This document shows, piece by piece, positions 49,701-58,700 of a DNA stretch of 64,000 nt (position 1 is its first letter; every line of letters starts with the position of its first letter). The notes beneath the pieces are model-generated. The model worked only from the letters and a program-made list of their open reading frames with translations, had not been told where the DNA came from and searched no databases. Made by a program: the position numbers and the translations under genes. Source of the DNA: Minisyncoccota bacterium (lineage in GTDB: Bacteria; Patescibacteriota; Minisyncoccia; Phycocordibacterales; UBA2100); contig JALHPE010000001.1 in assembly GCA_022842645.1 (NCBI GenBank), forward strand, positions 135,711-199,710. The letters are read 5' to 3'.

Positions 49701-52700
49701 AATGGTGAGATTCCCGCCAATTGTGAGAGGCTGACTGCCGAGACTCGTGGTGCCATGCTGAATGGAGAGCGTGTTATCAACATCCAAAGGCGAACCGAAT
49801 GTCCACGTTGCATTTCCGGAAGTTTGTCCAAAGGTTGCGTTGTGGAAAGCGCTTGTTGAGGCGCTGGTAGAGTCGATCGTTGCGCTCGAAGAGGTCGCGG
49901 TGAAAACGACGGTGGAGGTGTTCTTGGTAAAGACACCATTATTGTCCCAATTACCACTCACGAAGAATGAGTTGCCATCTGCCGTAATCGCACCGTTAAT
50001 TTCTATATGACGCGTCGTCACATTGCCGCTGGAGGAGGAGTCCGGCTGATAGGTGGTACCACTTCTCACCAACAGTTCTACATCTGAACACCCAGACACT
50101 ACACACGCACTAAGGTCGTTGCCTGCATCTACTTCAAAGAAAATGTCTTCGTCCGCGGAAACTGAGTTGTCGTACTGCCCGATCTGTGCGTTTGAGAGGG
50201 TTTGATTATCAGAAGAGCCAAGCGTCACGTGTCGCTCGTAGAGATTCATGTTGGTAATGTCTCCAATGCCGTCGTAGCGAGTGATCGCAACCGCCTCCCC
50301 ACTATCCGCTGCGCCATCAATAAATACGGTGATAGTGTCCCCAGTGAAAAAGGTAACGTTCGGTATTGTCCATGTTCCACCAGAAATAGTTCCTGTCTTC
50401 CCGCTCTGAAGAATCCCGTTTACCGCAACATGCACCGTGCCACTGGTGAGATTCGTGCTTTGGTCGTACGCCTGCGCCGTTCCTGAAATATTGAGTCCTT
50501 CAGACCATGTGAGTGTCCAGTCATTGAGTTGCGGACAATTTCCGGCAACACAGGAGAGCGCCGCGCGCATGCGGATGGTGTTGTAGGTAATGCGATTGAT
50601 GTTTGAGATATCAACGGGAGATGTTGTTGTGCCCACCGAGTTTCCTGGGAAATCAGTGTCCGGAATGATTGCCCACGAACTTGTGGAGGTGAGGTAATCA
50701 AGAAAGACACGCACGGTGCTTGCGCCCGGCGTCGTTCTTGAGAGTGTGATCGCACCCCACTTAGGGCCGGTACCATCACTAAAGGCAATAGCACTTGTCT
50801 CGATGCTGCCTGAGGTAACTGCTGGGTAGCGTCGAGCAACAATGTCGAGCGGGATGGTAGCTGGTGTCACGGTCGTAATCGACGTCGTTTCAAGCACTTG
50901 CTCCGCCGACCACGCCGAACCATTCCAAAAACTAAAGTCATACTCAGTGTTTGCATCGTCGTAGGCAAACGCAAGAATATTGCCATCGCCGGTGCGCGCC
51001 GTGCGCACTTCGGTCGCATCTGAAATCGTAGTGAGAAGAGAGGCGCTGGAAAGTATCGAGCCATTCCAAAACACATATTCCGCCTGAATGGTATCTGAGT
51101 ACGGCATCATGATGTAGCTATCCCGCCCCGCCGTTGTTTCGTACTCGCACGAAATCGGACGCCCGGTTGCACTATTTCCCGTAAGCTCAAACTCGCTTAT
51201 TGCGCCCCACGCAGAGCCGGTCCACTCTGCGTACCCGATGTCCGCATCAATATCGACATAGCAGAGCGTGAGCTTGTCGCTTCCCGAGTCGCGCGCAAGG
51301 CGTCCGGCGGAAAAGTCGTTCCCTGTTGCCACCGTTGAAGTAGCCGCCCAGGACGAACCGTTCCATGCACTCCAGACGAAGTTGTTATTGGCACCATTCG
51401 AGACAACGGCAAGTGCCTGGTTACCACTCTCTTCATATTCGAGTGCGATACCTTCGTTGTTCACTCCCACCTGCGAACCAAAGACAAGCGAATTTCCCCA
51501 CGATGAACCGCTCCAGACCAACGCTTCGTAATCGGAGGCTCCTGTTGTCGCATCGCGCGCAAGCAGAATGATTTCATCGCTCGCGGGATCCGAAGCAAGC
51601 TTTATCCATTCGCAATTTGCAGAGACTGAAAGTGAGATAGAGCTCGTCGCGCTCCACGAGGTGCCGTTCCACACGCTATAGACTGCCTCGGTTCCACTGC
51701 ATGCAACTGCAAGAAGGTCTCCGGATTGTGTCTCGTAGGCAACATCGAATCCGCGCTGTGTGAGATCCGGCACCACGTTCACAAGGCGGGCCTTGTTCCC
51801 TCCCGTGTCGGTCGTACCATCAACCACCTGTGCATCGATTGCGCCCGTTGCTCCCTGTGTACCAATCGCATATTCATCGCGGGTGGGTGCCGCCGCCGCC
51901 TCGGCAAAACGAATCACATCTCCAACCGACGCCGCACTCAATTCACTTCCCCATGACGAGCCGTTCCAAAGCCTAAAGCGCGGCACCTGCACCGTACCCT
52001 CGGCATAGACAGCAAACGCCTCTCTAATCGTAGAAGTAATCTGCGCGCTCCCACCATTCGTCTCAATATCCGAAAGACGGTTGGTATCAAATTGCTCGTC
52101 GGTAGTCTCAAACCAGGTGGATACAATGACTGACGTGTCGACAGTGAAGCTCCGCAACGGCGACCACACAGAAGAGACATTCGCACCGAGTGGATCCCTC
52201 GCACGAACACGCCACCAATAGGTTTGCCCATTAGTAAGTGCATCAGCGCCCTGGAGGGTGAAGCGTACGGTGTTGTTACTCACAAATGGCGAGGTGTCGG
52301 TGGAAGATGCTGTGTTCACAAATCCAGCATGGGACGCAGAATTACGCGTGGTTGATGCCGAAAAATCAGGCGTTGTAGAAATTGATAGCTCGTAAATAAG
52401 ATCGTCGTTTTGTGGGTCACTCGAGCGGAACGTGAAGGATGGTGTCACCGTCGCAGTTTTCTCATTATCAAAGAGTGAGAATAGCGTGGGCTGCTCAACG
52501 GCAAAGCCCCATCGAATCGTCCAGTCCTGGAGGCGTGGTGTCCCACCAATATTTGTAAACACGCCACGCACGCGTATTTCGTTATACGTAGACGGGCTAA
52601 CACTGAGGAGCGAGACGGGCGACGTGTCAAATCCTGCGGCATTTCCAGAGAGGTCGGCCTCTGGAATGAGCACCCAATCGGTGCCATTGTAATATTCGAT

Positions 52701-55700
52701 GCTGTATTTGATGTCGCCGGCCGTCTCATTGTCAGTCCATGCGAGCTCCCCCCATGCGTTTCCACTCGTTTTCGAATCGTAATCAATGAGAGGCCCGGTC
52801 GTTGTACCGTTTGTTAAAGGCGGCGTGAGCACGACATCCCCTGTCGTTGTCGCCTCGGTGTCATCGAGCGTATTATTAGCAAACTGGAAGAGAGTCGTCT
52901 CTCGCCACGTCGAAATCGTGACACTCGTATCGATAGTAACGCTCGAAATTGACGACCAACTACTCCACTCGTTTGATCTGTTACGATCCTTTGCGCGCAC
53001 GCGCCAATAATAGGTGGTGCCGTTCACGAGCGCAGTTGGCGGCGTAAAGCGCACCGATTGCGCAGGAATAAACGGATCCTTATCCGATGGCGTCACAAGA
53101 TTACTAAAATCATCAAAGTTCGTTTGTGAATCGCGGTCAATGTTCGGAGAACCAAACGCGAAATCATCATCAATCTGGATTTGATACGTGACGTCATCAG
53201 ACTCCGCATCTTCCGCAACAAACTGAAACCACGGAGACGTCGACGCGACCGCCTCGTTATCAAACGGTGCTTCTGCAGTTGGCGCTCCCGGCGCGCTATT
53301 AGTGGTAAGTGCGGCGTAGCGATCATACTCGTTGATCGCTTCCCCACCGTTGGTGACGACACGGAAACAATACGAGGTGTTGTTGGGCGCGTTGTGCTGC
53401 AAGACCCAATCCCATTCGCCTTCGTTTCCGACTGAAACAGCGTTGGGGTTTGATGCACTATCGTTTGATTCTTCATACGTCTCAGCGGTGTCTGAGGTTG
53501 AAAGGAGCACAGAAGGAATTGTGGCGCCGTCAGAAAGAGATCCATTATCAAAGCCGCGCCATGCGGCAGTTGTTGAACCCACGCCCCCCACATCAAACCA
53601 CGAGAGCGAAGCACTACATGTCGCGCCCGCGGCATATTGCAAACGAAGCGCGAGATCCCCCGAACTTAAAGACACATTCTCCACCAGAAGTCCGAGGCGC
53701 AAGCGAAGCACGTCACTCGGACTCGGCGCAAACGACGTTGTGAGCGCAGTGTCCTCAACCACATCGTTCCCCCCGCTCGGCCACGGATCAGTTGGCGTAA
53801 GCGATGATGTATTTACATACCATCGGTAATGAATCTGTGTCAGGTACGACTGCCGCTCCCAAGAAACAGTCCACTCATCAAGCGTGGGCGTGTTCTGGTT
53901 CGACGAAGAGAGCGTCGCGCGCAAACAAATGCGATTGTATGTGGATGTCGATATGCTCGAGAGATTGATCGGGCTCGCTACAACATCGAATCCAGTGCTA
54001 TTGCCCGGAATCACCCCGTCGGGAATGAGTGTTGAACACGAGCCCCCCGATTCAAAGAGAACCTGCATCTTTACATCAGTGCCACTCGGCTCTGTAGTGC
54101 GCCAGATCACCTCACCCCAACTCGGTCGCCCGGGCACCGTGTCGAAATCAATCACCGTTCCCGTCATCGTGCCTAAGCCAGAGCGAAATACTTTCTGCGT
54201 CATATCATACGGCTGCAGAAACGGGGCCACCGTCACAGAGGGCGACGTGTCGAACGTTTCGCGAGTTGACCATGAAGAGCCATTCCAGGATGAGACATCG
54301 TAGCGACCGCTCGCATCATCATGGAAGAATGAAAGGATAACGCCATTTTCGGCGCGCACGGTCGTGATACTCCACGAGTCTTCCGCAGTGCTGATACTCG
54401 CCTCAGCGGAATAGCTCGTGCCATCCCAGACTTGGTAGCGCGCATTCGTCGTATCTGCGTACGGAATCATAATGTAGCCATCGCGTCCTGCAGTTGTCTC
54501 AAATGCACAATCAACGGCGCGCCCCGATTTTGTGTTGCCTCCTGTTTCGCGTTCGCTAAATGCTGACCATGCATTTCCATCCCATCGCACCACACCAATA
54601 TCGTTGTCATTGTCCATATAGCAGAGCGCCATCGCGTCCGTTCCCTCATCGGCACGAAGGCGCCCCCATTCGAAGTCATCTCCCAAGGCTTGAGTCGTAT
54701 TAATACTCCATTCAGTACCGTTCCAGCTCGTCCATGCAAAGTTGTTACTCAATCCGTTCGACACGGTCACAAGTGCCTGGTCCCCTGAGTCTTCATATTC
54801 AAGACCAATACCTTCATGAGGAGTCTCTAACATGGAGCCGATGGTTTTCGCATTACCCCACGCGCTCCCATTCCACACCTGCGCCTCGTACTGCACGCCC
54901 GTGTCACGTGCCACAAGAATGATTTCATCACTCGTTGGGTCGGACGCGAGTTTTATATATTCACAATTGTTCGCGCTTCCGAGATTAATAGTGCCGCCAG
55001 AAGTCCATGACGTTCCATTCCATGTGTGATACGCAGGGTCAGCATCTCCATCGCAATACACAACAATCGCATCTCCCGATTGCGTTTCGTACGCAATGTC
55101 AAAGCCGCGAAGACTCGTACTCGCGACAGACGTTGTCACTTCTTGAAGATTGCCCCAGGTATCGGTTGATCCATTAAAGACCTGCACGTTCACATCAGCC
55201 GAGCCGTCTTGTGTACCAAGCACATACTCGTCGCGTGTCGGCGCTCCTTTAGTCACAATCCACTGCACGGTGCCGCCAACATTTTGCGCGGAAGCTTCCG
55301 CGCTCCACACTGTGCCGTCCCAGAAACGATACCGAGGAGTCTGAACCACTCCTTCTCCATACGCCGCAAGTACCTCACTGGGTGCTGCAAGCGAGAGGCG
55401 CGCACTGTCACCGCCATACGTCTCAATGCTACTGAGTGTGTTCGTATCAAATTGTGCATCTTTGGTCTGAAACCACTGCGAGGGCGACGTGTTCGGGACG
55501 TAGGTGAAGCTCGAGGTTGTTGCCCATGCACCCCAAGTCACGCTTTCGCTTTCACGCGCACGGACCCGCCAGTAGTAGGTGGTGCCGGCAGTCAGAGAAC
55601 TTTGTATCGAAAAGCGAATGCGCTCAGCTTCGGTAAAAGGCGAAGTGTCCGCGGGTGTCGTGCGATTTTCAAAACAATTTGGCGAACACCCAGTCTCATT

Positions 55701-58700
55701 ATCTGACGAACGATTCCCCAGAGGCGAGGTCTCGAGATCAGCATCGTCGTCCCACTGAATCTGATAAATCAAGGCATCGGTGCCATCCGGATCATTGGTG
55801 GTGAATTCAAAATACGGTGTTGAACTCCCCGTTTTTTCATTATCAAACAGAATATCGTGAAGTGTCGGGCCTGGAGGCGTTGCGCCGCCAGCACGCTTTG
55901 CAAATACGGCAGTGCGAAACGGCGGTTGATGATCAGTCGTTGAAAACGCCGTCACATTGACACTATGCGTGTGCGCACCTGTTGAATTTGAGGTTCCTGT
56001 TGTTGTGCGGCTCACCGTGGCGCTCGACGTGCCCGAAATGATTCCTATCATATCCGTATGTGTGTGCGTGGCAGAACCTCCCGTTCCACCAAAGGTAGTC
56101 GAGGCTTTGAGGAATCTGTTTGCAAACTGTTCCGATGTGCTTGAAACAGTACCCCACCCCACCGATGGGTCTCCCGACCACATTGCGATCATGCCATTGC
56201 GAGGTGATGATGTTGCATTCAATTTGCCGAGGATAACTTCGATAAACGGTGGCTCGTTCGAAACCGCTCCCGTGCTACTACTCACGGGGTGAGTATGAGT
56301 TGGTGTGGCAACTGTTGCGCCCGCACCCGAAGCGTTCGTGCCTCCCACAGCCGCCGTTGTGTTTCCCGTTATGGTGTGCGTGTGTGTCGCGGATCCTCCG
56401 GTTGAACCAATAGTTGATGTTGCTTCAGAACGAATGTAATTGCCATCTTGCGCACCATAGCGTGTCCAACCAGAAGGAACCGCCGCATCAAATATTGCAA
56501 TCGCACCCGCAGGAATTTGCGACGGCTCGCCCGTAGAGTTGTGTTGAATAATCGAAAGGTGCCGATAGGGCGGGAGATTGGATGGGCTATTAATGACCGG
56601 TGTATAGGTGTGCGTGTGCGTATTGAGCCCGGCATCGGCACCACCACCACCAGTATCCGCAACACCAGTCGCACCTGTCGCCGCGACCACTCCCGCTGCG
56701 CTATGTGTGTGCGTTGCCGCGCCACCATTGACACCCGGCGTCGACGAGCCCATAACAAAACGCTGATAGAATGGATCCGACGGTAAACATGATACACACG
56801 TCCACCCTGTAGGGATGAAGGTACTATCCCAATAGAGAAGCATGTTTCCTACTGCGTCTGAAGCAATCTTCCACGAACGACCCTCATTAAATGGCATGCC
56901 TGTATCCGCACGAATCTCTGCAGGTCCGAGAAGGTAGAGATACGGTGAGATATCTGGCGCGTCATACACGTATCGGAATCGTGCACTCTCGCCCGCCTTG
57001 AGAGAAAGAGGCCATACTAGATTTTTTGAATCGCCATACATGCGTACCTCCGCGTCAGTTTCAACCAAGAACGATTCCGGGATAGATTCAATGAACTCAC
57101 CATTAAAGTCCGCTGCTGCAGTAACTTCAATCTCCATCGCATACTCAGCAACTGGATAAATACGCATAGCCCCCGTTCGGCGAATCGTAAACGGTGCAGA
57201 CGAAACAACTGAGAACGAATCGTTGAGACGGTGTGCGAGTGCACCATCTTCGTCGTAGTAAGAAAGTTCGATGCCATACACACCTTCCTCATCGGGAATG
57301 TAGAGACCAGAATAATCCGCAACCTCGACTACGTTATTGAATCCACACTCTGGAGAGAAGGCGATGTCGACATCATGCACTTCCCCGCGCGGCGTTGTGA
57401 TGGAGAGCTCAAGATCAGCATCACAGACCGTGTTACCAATCTCATCGAGAACGGCCATCATAAGGTTCGCTTCTTCGCCTGGCATGTACGAAGATTGATC
57501 CGTGTTCAGAGCAAGAATACCCCAGAAGAATTCCACGGTGTCACCAAACGTGCGCCCCCCTTCCTCTATCTGAATGTCGAGCGTATAGCGCCCAGCTTTA
57601 AACTCACGCGGAAGCGCAGTGAAATCCAGGCGCCACTCCCCATCCTTCCCCAGTACCGCCTGCATTGGGAGATCTATGCGTTCTCCACTTTCATGTACAA
57701 GCTTTGCTGCACGCACCGTGAATGAGCTGTCGCGCCCAAGCACGCGATCCAAGAATCGCAGCGGCGCGGAGCGTTGCGTATTGTATTTAAAATCAAATGT
57801 CGGAAGCTCGTCGGCTTCAAATTCTGTTTTGGAAAGATGTTCATTGAGCGCTTGCTCCACGCGCTCTGCACGCTCAGCCTGCGCACGGAGTCTGCGCTCA
57901 CTGCCAAGACCAGTCGTATCAAGATCGCCACTGGCACTTCCCTCGGCGAGGATAACCGGACGCGCACCCGCGCGGTCGATCGTGAATCGGAAGAAAAGTG
58001 TTTGCCCGGGAAGAATGGTGAGATTTTTGCGCGTATCAGCAAGAACGGCATATCCAGGTGGTAGCTCACGCGCCGACGCGCGTCGTTCGTTGAGCGTTTC
58101 GAGCGCGACCCACCCACTGTAATACCGCACATCCTGGTGCACACCCACTGCCTCGTCGGAAACTAGACAATTTTCGCGCGTGCTGTTGAGCCACGAGCAC
58201 ACATGCTCCTCCTCAGTTGCGACACATCGATAGCGATCCCCACGCACACGATCCCATCCTGTCTCGCAGAAATAGGTCACATCCTCTTCAATCACAACTT
58301 CCGTCGTGCTTGCAATATTGCGCACAAACTGCTCCACGCGCACAGCGCCATCAGGAAGTGCAAGAGAGAGCGCAAAGTCTTCTTCTGTCTCGCCCGTGTT
58401 TGTGATACTGGCATGCACCACCGTCTCTGACCCACCACGCCGTGTTGCATACGACGCACGATCGGCGCGCATGAAAAGCGCATCATCGAGGTCATCCGTA
58501 TAGGCAAACGTAATCTGCGAACCATCCGGAAGCGAAAGTGCACGCTCGCGCGCACTCGCGAGGGTGAACGAAACATTCTCAGGCACCGTCGGATCACCCA
58601 CCTCACCCCGAAGCACATCCTGTGCGCGCTCGCGATACGTCGTGTCGAGCCAGAGACCATCAAGATATATCTCCGCAGGAATTCGCGTGTCCCCGCGCAC

